From: a virus
Lineage: Duplodnaviria > Caudoviricetes
Direction: 5' to 3' (one strand)
IMG/VR virus record: IMGVR_UViG_3300010167_000013
Length of the DNA stretch: 64,000 nucleotides
The notes under the pieces were generated by a model. The model did no database searches. It was not told the origin of the DNA and saw nothing but the letters and a program-made list of their open reading frames with translations. Each line of letters begins with the position of its first letter. Position 1 is the first letter of the stretch. Made by a program: the position numbers and the translations under genes. Of this stretch, positions 48,424-56,255 are shown in pieces.

Positions 48424-48858
48424 TCATTTGATCGATGGCAATTGTTTTACCCAGGTGGATAACAAACTCAGCATAGTGAAATATTCAGTATCGCCCATAT
48501 GTCTAATGTATCTACCTTTAGAGCCATCCTTCACATAAAACATAGGAGGAATGTTCCTGGTAAGTTCTTCATACGGTTCCCTAAAGAGAATATACATTTC
48601 GCCCACAGTAGTCCATGAATGAGATGAACAGCATCCAATAGTTTTATACCCCTTGCGGTTGAGAGTAAATACGATGTCAATCATATTCTCGTCTATCCTA
48701 ATGATACTTCCACTACAAGACATGGTAGGACAGAATTCCTCATGTTCTTCTATAAAGTCCCCAATTTCTTTGTTGTATGGAACTAATAACGTTTTTGCTC
48801 TAGGAAATTGTGTATGAACATTGTAGATCGTATTACATACTAAACATACCGGTATCAT
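48424..48858 (-). CDS. hypothetical phage protein (Zn finger plus LNxKGYxTxxCCxxH motif)
   Basis: CLVC...CPTMSC; IDENM...LNRKGYKTIGCCSSH. Confidence 0.6.
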   Translation of the reverse strand: MIPVCLVCNTIYNVHTQFPRAKTLLVPYNKEIGDFIEEHEEFCPTMSCSGSIIRIDENMIDIVFTLNRKGYKTIGCCSSHSWTTVGEMYILFREPYEELTRNIPPMFYVKDGSKGRYIRHMGDTEYFTMLSLLSTWVKQLPSIK

Positions 48859-48883
48859 TTATTCTACCTCCTTCTCTATGTAT

Positions 48884-48896
48884 ATAATATATAATT
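48884..48896 (-). promoter_or_regulatory. phage promoter motif AATTATATATTAT
   Basis: upstream of the AAGGAGGT RBS of 48858. Confidence 0.7.
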
Positions 48897-48905
48897 GAAT
48901 GAAGG

Positions 48906-51900
48906 ATGATACGAAACCGAGATTATAAAGGAACATGTCATAATGGAGGTGATTGCGTGAATAGGGATTTATACTCGAATACAGAGTTTACCAAATTGAA
49001 GGAAGACTTGAATAAAGAAATAAAAAGACGGGCCACATTCAAGTGGTGGGACCCACTAGCTACTCCAAAGGTAGGACAGGATAGATCATCCCCATTATCG
49101 TTACCTGATATCGGAAAAAGAATGTTGGTAACAGATGAAACTTACACCATCAACAATTCTTCTGAGGGATCTATTGAATGTACTAGAAACATACACTATC
49201 CTGCTCATGGGGAGAATCCTTCTGGAGAGATACCAAATACCCCCTTGAATAACAAAGAAGGACAACTCAAGACTTCCGCTGCCAGATTAGATGCCGATGA
49301 GATAAAAAACTATCTGGTTGGATTGTCGAAGATAATGGACATAAATCTTTTCTATGGAAGAGATGAAGTTCCTGGCACTGCATTTCGTGATCCTATTGGA
49401 ATAGAGAATGCATTGAAAGCTGCTCAGAATAGCAAGCTGAATGCTCCACTTCATCAATCTGATATTGAACCAGCAAGAATAGATCCTAGCAAGGAAGATC
49501 TAACTGTTGTAACATATCATATTGATGGTGGGATATATGTAATGCCATCTGGAGAATACGATGGGGAGGAACTATTGAAGAAGATGGGTCCTGATGAAAC
49601 CAACTTCTTTGATGATCACGGAGCTAAGGTATATGATACCGGGAAGAAAACTCCTGATGGACAACCTATTTTGGTAAGTGATTCTAACTACAAGCCAATG
49701 AATCCGTTTGTATCTCCTCTTGTTAATAGAAACTGGAATGATCAACAGAATAGTCGTGAAGATCTTCCAACCAAAAGAGAAGAGGGTGGAGTTCCATCTA
49801 CTAGGTTTGGCCCTAATCCTAGAAATCCTCAGCAGGGAAATCAGTACAGACCTAGACCTGTATTCGGCGGAGTTCTTGGAGCATGTAATTCATCGTGCAC
49901 AGGATTATGTTTTAAGACATGTGATAATGAATGCAGTGAGAATTGCACTACAACGTGCTGGTCTAGATGTGGCAACGCTTGCACGTCAAGCTGCGGGAAT
50001 GTCTGTACCGGGTGCAACTCGATGTGCTATACCTCCTGTAAAACTAAATGCGAAAATAGCACGGGATATTCATGCCTGAATGTTGGAGCCAAGACAGTAA
50101 ACATAGTTCCTGTTGGTAGTGCTCACGGATCATCTGGTGCACCGGGATCAGCTACCTGGCCAAAAAACACAATATCATATACTACCTACAAATGTAATGG
50201 TTGCGCATATACATGTCAATTCTACCCGAATAAACGTACCACATGTTGGGATGCAGGTTGTCAGGAGTTATGTTTCACGTCATGCAGAACAGCATGTTCC
50301 ACAACATGCTTTGGAGGATGTATAGATAACGCTGCTCAGGATACTGGGAAGTACGGAACTGGAAAAGGCCGTGGATGTTCTAGTGGATGTACTGTCAACT
50401 GTGTAGGAGCTTGTCAAGGAGTATGCATAGGCGAATGCGTTCACACATGCTTCCATGCATGCAAGGCGTTATGCTACGATAACTGTTCGTGGAAATGTCA
50501 TACCAGCTGTGGATCCGGTTGTGCCAATGGATGTAAAAACGGATGTACTGGATGTCACTCAACATGCGCTGGTAGTTGTATTGGAGAAAACAATGCATCC
50601 ATATGTATTGGATGTGGAAAATCTGGTGGATGTACATCTACATGCCAACATGATTGCAATAAGAATTGTATCGGCTGGGGATGTAGATCAATATGTGGAA
50701 CAGAATCGGCTGGATCTTGTGAATCTAATTGTCGTCTGAGTTGTATGTCATCTTCATGCACTTCAATGTGTGGAAATGCTTGTGCGTCTCAATGTACAAC
50801 ATGTGTGAATAACTGTGGAGCTCAATGCGGGTGTTGTTCATCGATGTGTAGCACTGGATGTGAAGCTGCATGTAATATTACATGCACTGAAGAATGTCAG
50901 AATGCATGTACTACATATTGTTACATGTCATGCACTGAATCCTGTGGAAGTTGTTTCAAAGCAGGTACATTAATAGAAACTGAACTTGGACTTGTCCCCA
51001 TCGAGGAGGTTAAAGTAGGGGATATGGTTTTAACACAAAGCGGAAAATATCATAGAGTTTATAAAAATTTTGTAAGAGAAGCTAATGATATTATCTCTAT
51101 TAGAGCAGTAGGAACTCCAATAATTCATACCACAGAAGAACATCCGTTCTGGGTTAAGAAATATATTGGCTTAGGAAAAAAAGAAGGGAAACTTCAACAG
51201 TTGTATTCAGATCCAGAATGGGTGGAAGCTAGAGATCTTAAATCTCGTGATAAATTATCATTGTATACACCTCCAATTGGAAATATTGAAGTTGATCCTG
51301 GTATAGCTTATATGGTCGGAAGGTGGCTTGGAGACGGATGGAGAAGCGATGAAAAAAGCCATAATGGACAATATTATCCAAGGTTTAGTATTTGCTGTGG
51401 AAAACATGAAATAGATGATTTCGAACTTAAATTATATCAATCTAATATTGAATATACTAAATCTACTAAAGAGACATCAGATAATTATAGGATACCATCT
51501 ATGATTACCAGGGATAGGTATTGGTGTAATAATGATGAACTTATTTCAATCCTAAAAGAATGCGGAAAATATTCTTATGGTAAAAAAATAAGTAAAGAAA
51601 TTTACAATTGGAATATAAATTCATTGATGCATTTACTTCAAGGGTATTCTGATGCAGATGGACATTTCGATGAAGATCATTCATCAATTGTAATCTCAAC
51701 TGTAAGTAAAGAGCTTGCTCTTGGAGTATCAACTATTATGAGAATGATTGGAAGAAATCCATCATGCCATGTGAAAGAATATCCTACCGGCAAAATGTAT
51801 ATTGAAGGCCGTGAAGTTAACGTAAGAACTGTATACACTTTAAAAATGTTTACGGGAGAATATACCAGAAATTATTCTGAATATGATTATGATAATAATA

Positions 51901-52784
51901 CGACATGGTCTAGTGTTAGATTAGTAAATATTCCGGATGATTCATATACTGTATATAATTTATCAGTAGAAGACAATCCAACATTCTATGCTGATGGAGT
52001 TTTGGTTCATAATTGCTCGGATATGTGCTATTCATGTGTTGGAATGTGCATCGGTATTTGTTCGGTGAAATGTGAGAACGGATGTTCATCGTGTGATACC
52101 AACTGTGGATGGTGGTGCGACTCTACATGCAACAGACAATGTTTCAATAATTGTAGCGACAGATGCATCAGCACATGCAGTGGATCATGTAGTACTTACC
52201 TTGAAGCTAATACAACCACACCACTCTCTGGTCCAGAGAAACCACCAACATCAGAAGGATATCAAACACCAAATCCATCAGATAGAGAAGAAGAAAGAGA
52301 ATCATTCAAATTAATCTCCTCTGATGTAAAACCAAAACCACCAGTAACACCACCTGGTGAAAAAGATTACTTGGTCCATGTATTCGCTGATAAAGATAAC
52401 AACTTCCAAGTTGTATCTCCGTATGATGTGATAAAATGGATGATTCACTCAACAGTTTGCATCGGTGGAGTGTGGAGCATATACGAGGATACTGGAGAAG
52501 TATTTGCTGTAAGTGCTGCACTATCTGCAACACTGGTCCAAATGTATCCGAACATCGATGGTGGTAGAGGAATTATATTGATAACTCTGTTTGATAATCC
52601 TGAGTTCCCAATTAACCCATTCAAGGATATCTATGTTGAACTTCCAAGAAATCTTGAATACAAGATAATTCCAAACGTAGAAGGAGACATCATAATTCTA
52701 ATCCAGAGAGAATCCTTTGGACCATTCGAAACTGTCATTGACGAATACGGAAAGATGAGATTTATTCAAGGAATCAGGGAGTGA
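48906..52784 (+). CDS. giant Cys-Xaa-Xaa-Xaa repeat protein (putative rSAM target) with one intein
   Basis: ~89 Cys by hand count in ~415 extein residues, mostly CxxxC; non-Cys N- and C-terminal domains; likely start is GTG 48957 after GGAGGTG. Confidence 0.85.
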   Translation: MIRNRDYKGTCHNGGDCVNRDLYSNTEFTKLKEDLNKEIKRRATFKWWDPLATPKVGQDRSSPLSLPDIGKRMLVTDETYTINNSSEGSIECTRNIHYPAHGENPSGEIPNTPLNNKEGQLKTSAARLDADEIKNYLVGLSKIMDINLFYGRDEVPGTAFRDPIGIENALKAAQNSKLNAPLHQSDIEPARIDPSKEDLTVVTYHIDGGIYVMPSGEYDGEELLKKMGPDETNFFDDHGAKVYDTGKKTPDGQPILVSDSNYKPMNPFVSPLVNRNWNDQQNSREDLPTKREEGGVPSTRFGPNPRNPQQGNQYRPRPVFGGVLGACNSSCTGLCFKTCDNECSENCTTTCWSRCGNACTSSCGNVCTGCNSMCYTSCKTKCENSTGYSCLNVGAKTVNIVPVGSAHGSSGAPGSATWPKNTISYTTYKCNGCAYTCQFYPNKRTTCWDAGCQELCFTSCRTACSTTCFGGCIDNAAQDTGKYGTGKGRGCSSGCTVNCVGACQGVCIGECVHTCFHACKALCYDNCSWKCHTSCGSGCANGCKNGCTGCHSTCAGSCIGENNASICIGCGKSGGCTSTCQHDCNKNCIGWGCRSICGTESAGSCESNCRLSCMSSSCTSMCGNACASQCTTCVNNCGAQCGCCSSMCSTGCEAACNITCTEECQNACTTYCYMSCTESCGSCFKAGTLIETELGLVPIEEVKVGDMVLTQSGKYHRVYKNFVREANDIISIRAVGTPIIHTTEEHPFWVKKYIGLGKKEGKLQQLYSDPEWVEARDLKSRDKLSLYTPPIGNIEVDPGIAYMVGRWLGDGWRSDEKSHNGQYYPRFSICCGKHEIDDFELKLYQSNIEYTKSTKETSDNYRIPSMITRDRYWCNNDELISILKECGKYSYGKKISKEIYNWNINSLMHLLQGYSDADGHFDEDHSSIVISTVSKELALGVSTIMRMIGRNPSCHVKEYPTGKMYIEGREVNVRTVYTLKMFTGEYTRNYSEYDYDNNTTWSSVRLVNIPDDSYTVYNLSVEDNPTFYADGVLVHNCSDMCYSCVGMCIGICSVKCENGCSSCDTNCGWWCDSTCNRQCFNNCSDRCISTCSGSCSTYLEANTTTPLSGPEKPPTSEGYQTPNPSDREEERESFKLISSDVKPKPPVTPPGEKDYLVHVFADKDNNFQVVSPYDVIKWMIHSTVCIGGVWSIYEDTGEVFAVSAALSATLVQMYPNIDGGRGIILITLFDNPEFPINPFKDIYVELPRNLEYKIIPNVEGDIIILIQRESFGPFETVIDEYGKMRFIQGIRE
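50952..52013 (+). mobile_element. intein 4 with LAGLIDADG endonuclease (354 aa)
   Basis: CFKAGT...TEEH...GRWLGDG...GYSDADG...VYNLSV...LVHN|C. Confidence 0.95.
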
Positions 52785-52788
52785 AACC

Positions 52789-53070
52789 ATGGGGAAAATA
52801 ACAAGTGTCTACTATCAGGAAATTGATCCAAAAATAGTAGACATTCAAACAGCTGGAGAATTTTATTACAATCACAATCTTCTAGATGTTCATGAGATGT
52901 TCCATGATGATTATGAGAGATCTGAAATAGAACAACTAAATCTACGCAACATACTTCTAGGAGAAGCCATCAAATGCGAGGATATACAAGGAAATGTCAA
53001 AGTTGACAGCAGTATACTTGCAATATCTTCACTGAAAAATAAAGTTGTATTAGTTGCTGAATTACGATAA
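52789..53070 (+). CDS. small protein co-transcribed with the Cys-rich gene
   Basis: starts 4 nt after the stop of 48906-52784; GGGAG RBS. Confidence 0.65.
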   Translation: MGKITSVYYQEIDPKIVDIQTAGEFYYNHNLLDVHEMFHDDYERSEIEQLNLRNILLGEAIKCEDIQGNVKVDSSILAISSLKNKVVLVAELR

Positions 53071-53074
53071 AAAA

Positions 53075-53102
53075 GAAGAGGTGGGACATGTCCCACCTCT
53101 TC
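53075..53102. terminator. perfect 28 bp palindrome / terminator
   Basis: GAAGAGGTGGGACA|TGTCCCACCTCTTC. Confidence 0.75.
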
Positions 53103-53190
53103 ATCTATTATCATATTGCTCGCATCATATTAAATTGAGACTGCCTCACCGTGTCTAGTGTACTGTTCATAAGTGCGAATATTTTACTGG

Positions 53191-53391
53191 CTATCGATCC
53201 TCATCGATACCATCCTTGAGAGCCTGCAGGATGTCCCAAGCTTCATGATCATACTCGTCTGCCAATCCTCCCCAGCACAATATCTCTAGAGGATCCCAAA
53301 TATCAATAATTTCTTTTACTTTTCTAAACATCGCTCTATCTCGTTCACTTGAGTTAGTCAACATTTCTTTCAATTTAGACATATTTTTCAC
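53191..53391 (-). CDS. DUF1871-like protein, possibly truncated by a frameshift
   Basis: WDPL...DEYDHEA..I; shorter than its paralogue at 28704. Confidence 0.45.
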   Translation of the reverse strand: MKNMSKLKEMLTNSSERDRAMFRKVKEIIDIWDPLEILCWGGLADEYDHEAWDILQALKDGIDEDR

Positions 53392-53415
53392 CTCACTGGA
53401 GCTTCAATCTAGTAT

Positions 53416-53428
53416 ATAATATATAATT
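53416..53428 (-). promoter_or_regulatory. phage promoter motif AATTATATATTAT
   Basis: upstream of 53391. Confidence 0.7.
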
Positions 53429-53446
53429 ACATTTATGAACTATACG

Positions 53447-53480
53447 TTACACAGTGGGAGCACGTGCTCCCACTGTGTAA
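53447..53480. terminator. perfect 34 bp palindrome / terminator
   Basis: TTACACAGTGGGAGCAC|GTGCTCCCACTGTGTAA. Confidence 0.75.
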
Positions 53481-53485
53481 TATTT

Positions 53486-53803
53486 CTATACCTCTTCTAT
53501 TATTTCAACTTTGTTCTTGTCTACTTCCCAGGAGTTGTAGTTCCAGACATACCTTCTGGAATTATATTTGGCTGGTACAAATTCTTTGGTGATCTTGAGC
53601 TTGATGGCTTCTATTTTTGATGTTATCGGAATGAGGCTACTTTCAGCCTGTTCATATTTCTCTGGATCATTTATTAGCTGTAATAATAGCCTTTCTCGAA
53701 TAACTTGCTTGGTTAGCAGCTCTGAAAGTTCTTGAGCTAACTCTTCAGGTATTTCAAAATAGTCGATTACCGTAGCAACTTTTTCTTTCATAAAATAATT
53801 CAC
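53486..53803 (-). CDS. putative CXXX-repeat modification system accessory protein
   Basis: ~100 aa; helical hairpin then a W-x-Y beta tail, recalling TIGR04116; 700 bp from the Cys-rich gene. Confidence 0.45.
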   Translation of the reverse strand: MNYFMKEKVATVIDYFEIPEELAQELSELLTKQVIRERLLLQLINDPEKYEQAESSLIPITSKIEAIKLKITKEFVPAKYNSRRYVWNYNSWEVDKNKVEIIEEV

Positions 53804-53811
53804 TCCTCAAT

Positions 53812-54768
53812 TTAGATTAACTTTATGAGTTCCTCATTTAGGAGTTTAATATTTTTTGTCTCGGTTGCTATGTCTGCTGCATTAATAGAGACCAGGTTAG
53901 TTCCCCTGAGTAAAGTGAATACCATGAATATCAAATATTCAACATTATCGATTGCTAGTATTGATATCGGAAAGTAGTAATTAATCCAACTGGACAAGAA
54001 AGTAGCCAGTGTCAACGAGTTCATTCTAGCTGAACCTGTCTTTACCAATTCCAACAGTCCTGTTACACTACTTGGATCTTTTTCATTGTACAATCTTTTT
54101 ACATCGTCTAATTTCATTTCATCTAATGATTTGACGTTGTCAGACGATAACTTGTCAATGTTATCTGGACTATCCTTGGATCCAAATATATTGAGTAGGA
54201 AGAATTTATTCACCCAGAATTGAATGGTGTCGAATGAAGTCTTGTCAGCAGCAAACTGGTACTCTTTATTCAGCACTCGAATAACAAACTTGGTATAGAC
54301 AGTCATCAATATCTTCTGAAGATATTGACTAGAAAGCAACGCCTCATAGTTTGTTTTCAGTTTGTTGGCTACAAGAGCTCCTACCAGTAGATCATGGAGA
54401 ACTGTGTATTGGATATTCAATACACCATCCTTGGTTAATCTCACATGATTATCGACAAATACATATGTTACCGTTTTACCCTGAGTTTGAAATGTAATGA
54501 ATGGAAGAGCAACAGATACACTGTTGGATTTAATCTGATTGTAGACCAGCGCTACCTGTCCTTCTTCGAAAGCTTTTACAGCAGCCCTGGATAGAGAATT
54601 TGGATACTGTCTGATCTGAATATATGCTCCTTCGATATCATCTACCGATAGGTGTTTTGCTGTTTTGATCAGGTTGATAGCTTTCTCTATTTGGTTACTT
54701 CCAGACATCTCATTCAAACCATTGAATACTTCACTCGTGGCAAGTGTTGATTCTGTTACAATTGCCAT
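53812..54768 (-). CDS. jumbo-phage-type hypothetical protein, possibly virion
   Basis: 318 aa, helical; no motif recognised. Confidence 0.6.
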   Translation of the reverse strand: MAIVTESTLATSEVFNGLNEMSGSNQIEKAINLIKTAKHLSVDDIEGAYIQIRQYPNSLSRAAVKAFEEGQVALVYNQIKSNSVSVALPFITFQTQGKTVTYVFVDNHVRLTKDGVLNIQYTVLHDLLVGALVANKLKTNYEALLSSQYLQKILMTVYTKFVIRVLNKEYQFAADKTSFDTIQFWVNKFFLLNIFGSKDSPDNIDKLSSDNVKSLDEMKLDDVKRLYNEKDPSSVTGLLELVKTGSARMNSLTLATFLSSWINYYFPISILAIDNVEYLIFMVFTLLRGTNLVSINAADIATETKNIKLLNEELIKLI

Positions 54769-54772
54769 GGGA

Positions 54773-55006
54773 TCACCCCTCTATTTCTTCCTCTTCTTCC
54801 TCCTCTATTTCTTCCTCTTCTTTGGAGGCATAAACGAGGGTAGCTCCTCTGTGATGCTGATTCCTTTTTTCTTTGTTGGGCACTATGGTGTATCTGCCGC
54901 CAACAACTGTTTTCTCTTCACCATTCTCGTCGACCCAATCACTTATTCCCTCAGCTAATGTAGCAAAACGTCCAAACTTCTTTTCTCCAACAACAGCTTT
55001 TCCCAT
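54773..55006 (-). CDS. small protein with acidic tail
   Basis: AAGGAG RBS; EEEEIEEEEEEIEG. Confidence 0.6.
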   Translation of the reverse strand: MGKAVVGEKKFGRFATLAEGISDWVDENGEEKTVVGGRYTIVPNKEKRNQHHRGATLVYASKEEEEIEEEEEEEIEG

Positions 55007-55064
55007 TGATTGTCACTCCTTAAAAGTATTTTTTGATTATTCTTTGGTCAATACTGGTAGGAGC

Positions 55065-55247
55065 CTATTTTCTATTTTGAGAATAGATAACCATTACAGT
55101 ATCAACATCTTTCTCTTTGATATGATACCATTTGATGTCAACTATCTGGAATGAATAATCGTGATGAATTCCAAGACTTTGCAGCCATTGGTTCACATCT
55201 CGTTCAATCAGTGTAGCTTCATTCCTCAGGATCTTTATTTGTACCAT
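55065..55247 (-). CDS. small hypothetical protein
   Basis: AGGAGG RBS; 60 aa. Confidence 0.6.
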   Translation of the reverse strand: MVQIKILRNEATLIERDVNQWLQSLGIHHDYSFQIVDIKWYHIKEKDVDTVMVIYSQNRK

Positions 55248-55258
55248 TGGGGTTCCTC

Positions 55259-56155
55259 CTATGCAACCAATGGTGGTTTATCGAGAAGCAGTGAGTATTT
55301 CATCACATTGTACAAAGAGTGAAGTTCTAGTTCTTCAAGTAGGTCATATAACTCCTTCACGTACCTACCGGTGTTCTCAATCATTGATGAGCTGAACTCA
55401 ATCTTGGTATAGTCAGTAACGATAGTAACCAACTCTCTTGTGAGATTTAGATTATCATATCCAGTTTTGAGACATTCTCTCAACGATGGTTTGATTGAAT
55501 TGAGATGACTGTAGATGTTTTCGATTGAGTTGTACTCATGAAGAAGCTTCAATGCTGTAGCTTCTCCGACTCCGTTTACACCAGGGATGTTATCCGATCT
55601 ATCCCCCTGTAGAACTTTTAATTCTATCCACTGAGATGGCGTAAGATTATACCTGTCATGTAACCATCCACGATCGATAAGTTCTTTTCCTCTTGGGGAG
55701 AATATGTAAACATTGTCGTCGATTAGTTGATATAAATCTTTGTCGGACGATGCTATTATCATATCCATATCATTCTCTTGAGTATACCTTGATATCATTC
55801 CAAGTATATCATCCGCCTCGTATAGTTCATTATTAATAAACGGATAGCCGAGCAACGCGGCTATCTGAGAGGCGTATCTAAGCTGGGTTATCACATCTGG
55901 ATCAGCAGGTTTTCGTTGTGCCTTGTAGGGTTTGTATAGTTTCCTACGAAATGTTTTATCTCTACCTATATCATTCGCCATGATAATATAATCAGGTTCC
56001 AGTGAATCTTTTAGTGATTTTAGCTTGAAGAAGAACTGACGTATTGCATTTACATTTATTCCATTTGAGTTCACTAATTTATCTCCGTAATATGAGTTGA
56101 ATAGGATATTATTAAAATCAATACCAAGAACTAGTTTCCTCAACAATATATCCAC
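55259..56155 (-). CDS. 5'-3' exonuclease (PolI N-terminal / T4 RNase H family)
   Basis: IDFNN, FRRKLYKPYKAQR, YEADD, SSDKDLYQL, GDRSDNIPGVNGVGEATA. Confidence 0.95.
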   Translation of the reverse strand: MDILLRKLVLGIDFNNILFNSYYGDKLVNSNGINVNAIRQFFFKLKSLKDSLEPDYIIMANDIGRDKTFRRKLYKPYKAQRKPADPDVITQLRYASQIAALLGYPFINNELYEADDILGMISRYTQENDMDMIIASSDKDLYQLIDDNVYIFSPRGKELIDRGWLHDRYNLTPSQWIELKVLQGDRSDNIPGVNGVGEATALKLLHEYNSIENIYSHLNSIKPSLRECLKTGYDNLNLTRELVTIVTDYTKIEFSSSMIENTGRYVKELYDLLEELELHSLYNVMKYSLLLDKPPLVA

Positions 56156-56207
56156 TTCCTCTAGAATGTTATTTTTAAATATACATAACTTATTGTAGCA
56201 CGATTTA

Positions 56208-56244
56208 GGATATATAATTGGGTGAGGATATTATCCTCACCCAA
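56208..56244 (-). promoter_or_regulatory. terminator hairpin abutting a promoter-motif variant
   Basis: TTGGGTGAGGATA-t-TATCCTCACCCAA (56218-56244) and AATTATATATCC (56208-56219). Confidence 0.55.
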
Positions 56245-56255
56245 CATAAATTCGC

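Noticed and set aside
49884-52190. Cys-rich tract as eukaryotic contamination, metallothionein or polyferredoxin
   Set aside because: It is in frame with phage-like domains, has a Shine-Dalgarno site and an intein, and lacks CxxCxxCxxxCP ferredoxin spacing; metal binding is still not excluded
54781-54821. Direct repeat CTATTTCTTCCTCTTCT
   Set aside because: It simply encodes the poly-Glu tail of the 54773-55006 protein
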